From assembly GCA_040954595.2 (NCBI GenBank), contig CM082586.2, positions 7,595,337-7,659,336 of the forward strand: a DNA stretch of 64,000 nt. The letters run 5' to 3'. The notes under the pieces were generated by a model. The model did no database searches, was not told the origin of the DNA, and saw only the letters and a list, made by a program, of their open reading frames with translations. Shown here one piece after another: positions 25,387 to 37,600 of the stretch; position 1 is the first letter of the stretch; each line of letters begins with the position of its first letter. Position numbers and translations under genes: made by a program. The DNA is from Balanoglossus misakiensis (lineage: Eukaryota; Animalia; Hemichordata).

Positions 25387-27167
25387 ACTGACAGGTTGTT
25401 GCTGATGGCTTTGATTGAATGACTCCTGTTGCCACTAATGGACACAGTTTGTAGGTGATCTGAAAATACGTCACATTTGGACTTGTGTGTACTAGTATTA
25501 TCTAGGTTCACAAAACAGACTGACAGACAATACTTCCTCCTCGCAATTGTGTTCACTGTCGTGATTGAACTCAACAACACAAAATGCTGTGATATGATTT
25601 GATTAATTCTGTCTTGTTTGGTTGTAAAAAAAAATCCTAACAAACTGTATTCATGAACAGTACTGTGAATATGGATAACATACGGAGTAAACCCATGAAA
25701 TATGAGGAGTTCTCAAAAAAGATTTGAGACCAGCTGAGTTGAATTGCAGACGACACTCTTATATGCCTTTTTCTCCCAAATATATTTTCTTCAAAACTAT
25801 CGGTTTTTATATGCTAAATTCCACGGACTCTATTGTTAGCAAAATTCATCAGTATCACACTCAAATCTCACCACACAATATTCAGGGCGACTTCTAAGCA
25901 CATCAATAAATGCTACAACCCACAAGATTTAGCTATTACGGTATTTCAGCAAATGTACAATTCTCAATTTTTTGACACATTTTGTATCTCTCAGTTACCT
26001 GAAAACAGTATATCAAAGACCTGTTGCTACTAAGACTATCACTATTGACATAAAAAAAAATATCACTAATACTATTAGAGATTTTGACACAATGTTTCTT
26101 GAAGGTAATTTGTATCTGAAACATAATTAAACAACTTTCTTCCACCCAAAGATGGGACAGTTATGAATTTTGGTACATTTTAAGCCTCAGAAGTCGTTGA
26201 TACAGTAAAAGCACACAATTCTCACAAATTCTGCTATTTTATTCTTAAAACATTTAATATTAGCAGTTTGAAAGTTAGCCTGGTCTGCTTAATATATGCC
26301 ACCATTCATTTGCTACAAGGTGTTCTTTAAATTTGCATTCTTACTTGCTACAATGTTACAATGTATCTTTACATTGCAACATCATTTTTTTTATTATACT
26401 GTACCATAATGAACAAGATCTCACTACAAGAATGAAACACTGAGACAACACATGTCTTCGACTTGATAAGAAACAAACATTATACTAAACATTCTCTTGC
26501 ATAAAGATAAAAAATAAAGATACTAAAACATCTGAAGTGGAAAAAAAAACTTTTTTTCACAATGTAAAGCTAACTCATTGACTTACAAAAGTCATTGTGA
26601 AGAAAACAATATCTTATCGTAGCTATGAACAAATCTAGATGTGATAAATCTGCCTAAAAATAAAACTAGAAGAAATTTTGTGGCCTTTTCACCCCCGTTT
26701 GGAAATTCTTATCTCACTTTTTTGCTAAAATTGCAATATGAGTCAAAATGGACACTCTTTCCTATGAGAAATGCAGAGTTCAAATTCAGACATACCATGT
26801 GAAGATGTGACTTGTCCACCTGCTGTTGATAGTTTTTCAATAATGTTTGCTAGACATCAGTTCTAAACACATAATCAAATGACGTTGTATTACTGTAGCA
26901 TTATTGCTTGGCCTCACTGAAATGCTTCACACATATTCTGCTGTCAATTGGCAAGAATTCTTGTCAGCAGTGAGGTCTGATGGAATCTGTCAAAGCTAAC
27001 TCTACGTTGTTGATCAAGTGAGAGTAATACTGCCGTAAACTTCACCGATGGGTAGCATTGATCTGCAAATGATGTTTGGGAGATATGAGAAATATCAACT
27101 GATGTGTCTCAAAACTTGTTGACCGGGGCACACTGACAGAAAATAAATAATGGTAAGCACACAAATA

Positions 27168-27337
27168 CAGTGAAACCTGTCTAATATGAAAACCTCTGGG
27201 AATAGAAAATGTGTCCTTAATAGAGATATGTCTGTAATAGACAGGTAATATTCTATTCAAACTTTTGTCTTGAAATATATGTCCTTAATAGAGAGGTGTC
27301 CTGATTAGAGAGGTGTCCGTAATGACAGGGTTCACTG
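27168..27337. mobile_element. Tc1/mariner(pogo)-like MITE
   Basis: TA|CAGTGAAACCTGTC ... GACAGGGTTCACTG|TA; internal repeats TAATAGAGAGGTGTCC. Confidence 0.75.
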
Positions 27338-28681
27338 TACTTTAGAAGTATGCAAATCCCTTGAACTGATGTGACAACTTATGAAAAATAACGAAAAAAC
27401 AAACTCCATATAAATTGTTAAAATTTTGAACTCAATCAGATATCATTCTGTATTTACAAACAGCCAGTTAGGATCAGTACTACTCTGACTCACGGTGCAT
27501 ATTCATCTCTAAGATGAGAATCTTTTCTAATCTTTCGTAAATGTAAACAATTACAACCAGTGTAACTTACTAAAAATTAATTCAAAATGAAAACATGATG
27601 CATGCCTAATAACTCTAAAACTACATGCCGAATATAAGTGACGTTTTTGTAAAATTCCAATTAATCAATCATACTATCAACTGAATAAACAGTTCTGTAA
27701 AAAAAATAATCAAATTAAAACAGCACCATTTCAATTAATTAAATAATTAATGATTTAAAATGAACAAACAAGAGACAAAGTAAGTTTTTTCTTCCAAACC
27801 ACATACTTTCATAAAAATTAAACTCATATTTTATCAACATAATTTACATCTGAGTTGCAGAATCTTTTAAATTATTCTCCCCTCCCCAACTCAAAAATGT
27901 CACAGAAAAAACAAGCAACTTTCACTGACAGACTTTGGAAACGTCATTCAAATCATTGTACAATATTACTAATTATGTACATTTATATTTTCCATTTTAA
28001 CACTAACACTTGGATGATACATCCTGATCTGAACGGGAAAGCATTGAACAATAAACATTTTATACAATTTGATTTGAATTAGTTTGGCAGGAAAATGTTC
28101 TGGCAGTTTGCTGGCTTTGAACTTTACTGTCTCTTAAGAACAAACAATCAAAAACAACTACATTTTGTTGATGTGAAATATTCAGATGCAAATATCTCTT
28201 ACATGCTAGAAAGTGAACAATGTATTATGGGAACGATTGACCCAGTCACTGAATAGGGTACAAGCATTATTGGAAATTTACTGCAGACAAATGTTAACAA
28301 TAATTGATATTAATGATTTCACCCAACTGTGATAAGTGATCCAATTATTTACTATTTCAAAAACAGCACAGGAACATTTGCATTTTCATGAAACATTTTC
28401 CAACAATTATTTACAATAAAGAAATTGAACCGTCGGCATTTCAAATTCCCAACATCTATGCGTGGAACAATCCATGTTCTAAAGCTATCATGGTTTGACA
28501 TACGCAGAGAACATACGGCCACCCCTATTTCAGAGTACTTGGGTCCGTCCATCCAACCGCCAGCAATGAGTTCAAGGAAATTGCACTAGTGAGCACGGGT
28601 ATAAAATCCCATCCAATGTGATCCGATGTATTCCACCGCGAGTCCACTTCCAACTCATCCATACACAATGTAACACGCACA

Positions 28682-31600
28682 CTAATCTGTGTATTGCATC
28701 TTCACATCAATGTCGTCGTCATGGACGTCTTCGTGGTCACCCGACCTGTCATCGTAGTCCGCCCTGTTAGATGTAAAAAAAATAAAAATGATTTAATTAT
28801 AGTAGGTGCATCTTCTAAATTATCCATTTTTTTCTCAAAATTTCACATTTTATTCCCACATTCTTCTTATTATCATTGCAGCATTTTGAACAAACATCAA
28901 GAAACACCATCAGTTAAACTGCCCTCAGAGTTTCCAGGTCTTCTGCTCATTTGCATAAATGTCCATGCAGATTAGACCTGTGTGCTGTGGTTGTTCATGG
29001 GAACACTGCTCATATTCACATCTGAAGCCTTAGCCTGTGACCAAGCAAGCAAGGTCAAAAGTAAGCTTGCACTACAGTACATTCTAGCCATAAAATATAT
29101 GTAGCACCAATGGCCTGGCTGTTCTTGTACATGCTATGATAACCATAGAACAGTAACTGTGCAGATCATTTTGAGCCTAGGGTCTCAATTTGGGAGACGT
29201 CGATCTCACAATCCAAGAGGCCATGAATGTGGCAATATACATGTACTATCCTAGGCAGATGAGTGAAAACTTCACTCAGGCCGTCTCAGGTCTATTTCTA
29301 TTGACAGTGACACCTGCAACTTAGAGTAAGGTGTTCAAAGTATTAAACATTGAAATCATAGCTAGTCAGTATATTGTTATTATCATGATACAGAGCTTTC
29401 AATGTCTGCCGTTGATTACTCATCAATCATGAAAAAAAAAGTAGCATAGGTTATTTTAGAAGTCTCAGTATTTGAACATTATAGCATTCAAACCTAAAAT
29501 ATGTTGATATGTTGGTTAAAATAAACTTTAATATTTGGCCATAGTTGAGATTAATGCTTGTCATATTCTGCTGATATCAGATTTTTGTTCTCATATGATT
29601 ATATTAAGATAACCCATTAATTACATTGAGGCTCAGTGGTCCTAATGCTATTTCAGGGGGGGGGGACCTTTGGGTCAAATTCAAGTGTAACTGCAAAACT
29701 GTTTTCGGGAGATTACATCATGAAGTGTTGTGCACTGAATATCAAGGTCTCAAACCTGGAAGAGGATTGACATAGTATGAAAATTGGACGGACAGGTGGA
29801 CGTACATAACATGCAAATATAAACAAACACATACAAAAATACATACATACATACATACATACATACATACATACATACATACATACATACATACATACAT
29901 ACATACATACACAACTTGAACTTGTCAACTAATGTTTCCCATATTCCTCTCATAGGATTTATGTGTAAAGTGTGTTATATAGATATTTCCCCTCCAAATA
30001 CATAACTTGATATGATGTGAAGTGTGGAAGAATGAAGAGGAAGAAATGACACAATGAAATGATGTAAATACTCACTAAACAAATTCTGACTAGCCTCTAA
30101 GGAGATGAAAAAGAACTAACCCTTTCAAGAGAGATTCGCTCTCATCTTCACCCGTCTCATTGCTGATTTTCTCATCTGCATTATCTTGTCTAATGTTTGA
30201 TGGCAATGACATAATGGAATGAGTATAGAGATAGTATAGTTAGTACTTTAAAAGAATTGAGAGATGTACAGATAATGTAATGTGGCAGTGGTTTCAAAGG
30301 CCGAAACTAGCGCAGAGATAGATGTGAGACAGAGCACGTAGAAATGTGTGGAAGATGGCACAATATACACATTAAATGCAGCACAGATAATTTAAAGGGA
30401 CAAGTCTCTCTCTCGCTGCCCTTTTCCCATTAATTATGTTTGATACAAGACACCTTTTATGGTAATGTACATGTGGATATATAGTGAATCAACGTTCGAC
30501 AACACACAACTTCAATCCCTCTTGTAGATACGAGAGTAAAAATCCCACCAAAATGAATAATTGGAAGAGACCAATTATTCATTTTGGCGAGTTTTTCACT
30601 CTCGTGTCTACAAGTTGGATGGATGTTGTGTGTTTTTGAACGTTGATTCACTATATATCCACATGTACATTAAACATAAACGGTGTCTTGTTTCAAACAT
30701 GATTAATAGAAAAGGGGCAGCGAGAGAGAGAGACTTAATTGCCCCTTAAAGATGTGGTGTGAGGAGAAACACTGTGTGTTTAATGTGATTAAAGCACGGC
30801 TTCACACACAACAAATGGAGAAATGTGATATGTAGTACACAGAAACTCAAAACATTTAGGGAAATTAGCGAAGAAACAAATATTTTGTGCAATATCAGAG
30901 TTACAGCTAGCTACAGTCTTTTCAAATTAATTAATCGAGACTCTGGAAAATAATTATGACAACAATTATGCTACAACTGTAACGAGCTACATGTACATTG
31001 ATACCAGCCGGGAAATCTTATTTTTGTTAAAAAATCCCTGTGAGCATAATACATAACTACATTTATTTTGTTATCCTAGCTATTTTATTAACAGTTTGAT
31101 TCATGCAAGGATTACGAATGTAACACCAACTCAGCCAGAAGTCTGTCTTTTTCCTGAGGCTCTGGTTCGTTTTCGGCTTCAGGTTCAGTTTCAGGTTCTG
31201 GTTCGGGTTCGGGTTCTGTCTCTGGTTCTGTTTCATTCATATTTACATACGGCACTTCCACTATTTCCTCATCTTTACTATAATCGGTTAAAAATTAAGA
31301 GCGAAAGAATAAACTTCTGCGTCATGAGAAATCGGAGATGAGAGACAGAGTACAGAAAACTATATACAACACAGATGTACATCCATGCACATAGAACAGT
31401 CAATACAATTACTAGGATATGATTTGCATTTTTATGTCACAAAAAATATACAACGTAAAGTTGGCTGATAGTTTGAAGTATAGAAGATACTACATACATC
31501 TCATGAAATGTGATGAGTACTATTGTCGTGTGTCTGTGAATACATTCTATGAATGGAATCATTTCAGTTTCGAACATGTCTGAGTAATATTGGTTCTGGA

Positions 31601-34600
31601 CATTAGTGCAATTCTGAAAACGTGCATGTGCAGTCAACTACCTAAACAAGAAGCTAGCTAGAAAACACATCCTATAGCTAAGTGATGACATTGAAAAAAA
31701 AAAGAGGAAAACTTGCACATCTCACCAAACATCACATCATATCACACTAACACATCACATCACACTATTAAACACATCCTATCAACAGTCCACCACAATA
31801 TGAAACAAGATGTACACACACATCACGAGAGGCACACATAATGAAATGGCAATGAGAGACACACCCCACAGACTCCTCACTCTCATCCGGGGGAACTTTC
31901 TCTGTGGAATCTTTGTCGGCTTCGATCATTTCCAAAGCAACATCATCCACTTCGTTGCCTGCAGCTTTGCCGTCTGTCTGCTTTGAATCATCACCACTGC
32001 ATGTATAACACATTATATTCATATAAATTATGTACGTCTATTTTCCACCATGCTTTGTATTGTAATAAAATTAAAATTACAGTTTCCTATTCAAGATTTC
32101 TTAATACACAGCTATTCTTCGAAACATCTCATCAGATTCAATCAGGGGCATTTTTTTATTCATTTTTTAAATTATGTGAATTAACACTAGGTAAACTACA
32201 ACTTTTTATGTAATTCTATTTTTCATTGTCATATCTACTGGCCTAGGCATGGAAATGTTTAATTTCGCCTTTGACAGCTCCCAAGATTATTATCACTGGC
32301 ATATAGTGTTAAATACAAAAATATAATAGTGCAACATTCCCCTAGGCTGTATTATATTGACTGTGAGATATATAGGTCCCGGCATGGTGACATATTATAT
32401 AATTGAATATGAGACTTAATTATATATGACACATCTGCCTGACTTTATAATCTCAAGGGTGATTGAGATATTGCACGAGACCTGTCAGTATGTATGACCT
32501 TTGACACAGTACATGAACAGATACAACACATGTATGCAAATAAGTGAGAAACAAGAAATTGAAAAACTTTGAATGGCAGAACAAATATAAAACGTTCAAT
32601 GTTTGCTTCCATTGCTGTCGGTGTTCTTACACTCAGTGACACAAATCCACTGATAATTGAATCGACTTCGACCTGCAGCAGTCAGAACTCATTCACACGT
32701 GAAGCCATGCAGCTAACAAGCTCTGGCGTTAAACACAGTGTTTGACATACTGCTCTGTGGTGAACAGTTGTTTAAACTTTCCCTTGCCGATACCATTGTT
32801 AGATGCAGACAGAATGACTCAGGGACTCTTTAATCATTAACCAGAAAGTCCACAGGATGGCCGTGGCGTATGTTCACTTCAGTTTGCGGAGTGGACACAT
32901 TGTACAGGTGTAGTCTGTGCATGCTGTCTACATGTTTACATAACCTTGTCCCCAAGTCGTCCATAACCTTTGATGATTCATTGGATGTAGGGATCTTACT
33001 CCTTTGAACACGCCATTTCCGCTGTCAAAATGTGGTGCAACATTTTTATAACTTTCACTCATTTACCCCTACTTTATTCCCTTTAATCTAGAAGAGGTCT
33101 ACATAATTTTTCATTGTCTTCAGGTCTTATCAAAAATTTAAGAAAAACATGTGGAAAAAATAATGACGGTTAATTTTTCTGACAAATGAGGACAGGTTGA
33201 CTTATCCCTACTTGATATTTTATAGTTAGAGGGGTGTAAAATATATTTATGATAGCTTTGGTGGTGTATTTCTGCAACTATTTCGGAACTTTCATGGACC
33301 CCAAAAGCAATCAATACATCCCTGAAAAAAAAACAGTAATGTGTACAAATACAGTGCGAATATCAAAAAAAAAAAAACATATTGTGGATTTTCACTTACG
33401 GCACATAGTTGTGTCCCTCCTCCATGTTCACCTGTGTCTTCTCAGTGGTACTGGTAGGTTTCTTGCCGCAAAGATTCACACAGAGACACATCAGAATTCC
33501 GCAGTCGTTCATGAAGTAACACGTCAAGTCCACCAGGATAAGCAAGACGAAAAAGATGGCAATGACGATGCCAATAATTGCACCAGTGGACATGCTGGCA
33601 GCGCCAACTTGCTTGCCAGGTGTTATGCTGTAGTCACCTGCAGATAATCAAGAATGGTGGTGGTTGTAGTGATGGTAACTAGTATGGTGGTACTACAGTA
33701 AACCTGTCTAAACTGAACATCAAAGACACTGTAGAAATTGTTCGGTTTACAGTGTTCGGTTGATAGAGGTTCTTTTAACATGTGGCTCCATGTTCGGTTT
33801 ACAGGTGTTCCCATTGTACAGGTTTCTTTACATATGGTTGTATTTCAAAGGGACATGTAGGGTAAAGTTGTTCGGTATAGACAGGTTTCTAGATTAGGGT
33901 TCGGTTTTACTGTACTACTAGTAGTAGCTATGTATTGAGCTTCTCAACCAATTATGTAAGCTTGTAAAGTGCCATATTTTTTGTTGATATCTGAATGGTT
34001 GTCCAGAATAAAATTGCTGGTAATGCATATATACATTGACTGTAGTGACAGGCTGAATACTTGGCAAATCAACATGATGTAGAAAGTAGAACAAGAATTT
34101 GTCAGTGACACACAGAATAAAAATACTGAAAATATCAAAATTTACAGCTGTTGTGCCTTTAGCCCTTTCACCCCTACTTCCCTCTTCAGAGGTCCAACTT
34201 TACCATAGAAAACAATGGATTTGGACTAAACCATTGTGTTCAAAGGGTTAACATTTGTTGCCTCATACCACTTACCTGGCCTGGACTTTGTGGGACCTGG
34301 AGAGGGCGGTGCTCTTCCCGTTGTGACGGTCTTTTCTCCCTTGTCACCTTGACCGATGGAATTAACAGCCCATAATTCCAACTCATACGATGTGTCTGGT
34401 TTCAGACTGTTGATCAAATAAGTGCTGGATTGACTGTCAATGGCACTTCTCTCTATCCAGTCACCATTACCCTGTCGACTTCCATCATCACCGAAGTAAA
34501 TCTGTAATCAAACAATTGTATTACATCACTTGACTTGGATCATGGGGACATCATAGTCCAGTGGCTATAGAACAGTGGACTGATGATCAGAGGATTGTTG

Positions 34601-37600
34601 GTTCGAAACCTGGCTTGGCTGTGGTGAAGCTACTTTACTTCTCATTGCTTCTCCCCATCTCCGACACAGACTATGGTCGCCGCCATCTTATCTGTTGTTA
34701 GGACAGCACACTGCCTTATGGCATTGACTTTCTACAATTTCTGTAACCAGAGTCCCTGGTTTGGCATATGCCCATAAGACGATTACACCCATAAAATCTG
34801 GTATTCACAGAACACACACAGTAACTCTGTAGCAGTACATCTATTGTATACTTTTCATCAAAATTGAGGAAATAACCTTCCTTTGAAACATGATACCAGT
34901 ATCAAAATAAACTTAATTTTTCTTGCCAAATAATGATTAAATAATGCAAAGTATATCCAGACTTGCAATAAAAGATTCTGAACGGTAAAATTTTTAATTG
35001 TCATGATATAAATTACATAACTTACCTGTCTGTAACGAAGTTCATAGTATCTAATATCCATACCACCGTCCTTTGGTGCAGTCCATTCGAGTAGGTAAGA
35101 TGTTGTCATTTGAGTTGATGAACCACTCGTAATAATCGGGGGATATGGGTGACCTACAAATTAACATTGAAATAATCCACATCGGTAACTGCTGAAATTG
35201 AAATCAGACGGCAGAAAGATCTGGCAGAACGTGGACAGTTGTCTTTATGTTAAAGTTATTTCATTGTTCACACATTCTTTAATGTGAACTTTGCTGCAGT
35301 TAAACACTGGAATTCACTACTATAAAAAAACAAATAAAATCTAGATTTAAATTCCAAAAAGCTTTAAAATCGTATTTATCAAGTTATCAAAAAACATTTT
35401 ATGCATATTCTTTATAGTTTTTTCCTATTCTCTTCTTCGTCAACACTGTGTGACTATGTTGTAGTCCTTTGGGACTATTTCCAAGATCCATACCAGATAT
35501 ACATGTACTTCAGTATTCTTGTCTCTCTTTTGTTCTGTTTCACATTGTAACTTGCTATATTTTGTTGTTGTTCAACTTTGTTATATTTATATGGTTAAAT
35601 ACAGATTCAATATGAACATTGTCGCAAAAAAATGTTCACGTCTATTTTCAGATGCTGGTGATGAAGTTAGAGAAATGAAATGAAGCAATCAAGAAGAGGA
35701 CAATACTCACGATAATCTAATGTCTTAAATGGAATGGGAGTGGAGTATTTTCCATAACCAACAGGGTTATGACAAGCAGCCATCACTTCATACGGTGTGT
35801 TGACTTTTAATTCAGTCACATCCAGTAATTGTCCTGTTTGAAAATCATAACAGAATGTTTGCATGTTGAAAATAAATTATCTACAGGGTAATAGTATAAC
35901 AGGAACTCACTATTAAAGGTATACGGTCATCGATGCAAATTAAGCTATAGTTACCATGGCAAATTGAGATCTAAGCCAATCACAGATTTTCAGTGGGTGG
36001 CACACACGAAAAAAAAGAGCACCACCATATGTTCTTTAGAACACTCAAATACGCCATTACAGCTACCAGTGAGAAAATTCTTAAAGATTAATTCCATCAT
36101 CCAATTTACAATCAATTTACATCCAATTTCCCCATCAACCGTTACTGTCTAGTAAAGTCAAATGATAAAATGAAAGTAAAACACACCACACTAACTGTGC
36201 AGACATACTTTATGTAATATGTTCTTTCTTGTTATGACAATTTTTTGTACCCTTGTATTCAATGAACAAATTTTGGATATGCAATTGGTGTGATTCACTA
36301 TTGATTCTTATGATGGAAGGAGACACTGTTCATGTTGTTTTTTTCCGAAAGTCAGACTATTTTCATAGAAAATAAGGAACTTGGCATCTTGGTATCATTA
36401 AAACTTCTGCAACTGTGTGCAGAAAGTGCAGAATTTCTCAAAACAGATACAATCAATGCACAAACTTTGTGAAGACGATCGATATTACCTTTACTGAAAA
36501 TATACTCCTGCAACTGTCCAAACACTTCTTCTCTCACTCCGACCTTGTATCCATCAATCGGCCATCCTCCAGTATCATCAGGGTCAACCACTGTAATCAC
36601 AACACTGTCTGGATAGATGTCTTGGATTTCCACAGACTTTGGCTGTACAGGTGTATCTATATGAACAAACAGAAAAAATAAACATATAATATTGTTTGAA
36701 TAATTCCTCTCTCTGAGTTGAAATTATAATGTGTGTATACTGTAATTCTTTATGAGCCTGTAGCCTTTTGTTATGATATAAAATTTATAAAAATAAATAA
36801 GTTTGAATAAAAGGGTTTTGTTCATAAATAGACTTGCAAATGATTTCCATGCAGCTTTTCAATAATATTGAGAATCTTAGAGTCAAAGGTCATAAAATGA
36901 AATTAAATAAACCTATAATGTCATTTCTTCGCCTAAGATTTCAATTGATTCTTATGAAGTAATGGTTTCTTACATGTTCTTTCCAAATTGACGGTGTACT
37001 GTGTGTCGCCTAGCCTGTTCTCTGCTTTGCACGTATAGTCAGCAAAATCGTACGGGTCAGGAATTAGCTAGAAGAGACAAGAAAAATGTTCAGTCACAAA
37101 ATCTAATCACATAATCCCCTTTTACTGCTGCTACGTTCCAAGATGATGTTATCTGTTTGGCGATTGGCCCGTCAGATCGTAATGAAAACTGGAAATACTT
37201 TGTAGACAGTATTCTTTTACATAAAATGCAAAGACAGCCTATTTGAGTCTTATGAGAATTTTTTTTTCTTGCTGTCAGCCCTCTCATCAGTATTTTTCTG
37301 TACATGTCTTTGAGTTCATTCATTCATTCATTCATTCATTCATTCATTCATTCATTCATTCATTCATTCATTCATTCACTCATTCATTCATTCATTTTAC
37401 TGTCTGTATGGACACCTACAGTCTGAATTAAAGGGACAAAGTCTCTCTCTTGCTGCCCTTTTTTCCATTAATCACATTTAATACAAGACACCATTTATTT
37501 TAATGTACATGTGTATATGTAGTGAATGAATGTTCAACCACACGCAATTCCATCCCGCTTGTATGATATGAGAGTAAAAATTCACCCAAAATGAATAAAT

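Noticed and set aside
29713-29953. ORFs with MYVC repeats (also FIHS, SINQ, poly-V and poly-C ORFs elsewhere)
   Set aside because: Translations of microsatellites or of the antisense strand of poly-Q.
6351-34251. Recurring ~90-bp unit as a CRISPR-like or structured ncRNA array
   Set aside because: Dispersed, both orientations, with TIRs and TTAA ends: a MITE, not a repeat-spacer array.
34544-34620. tRNA gene
   Set aside because: A and B boxes are present but stems do not pair; treated as a SINE head.
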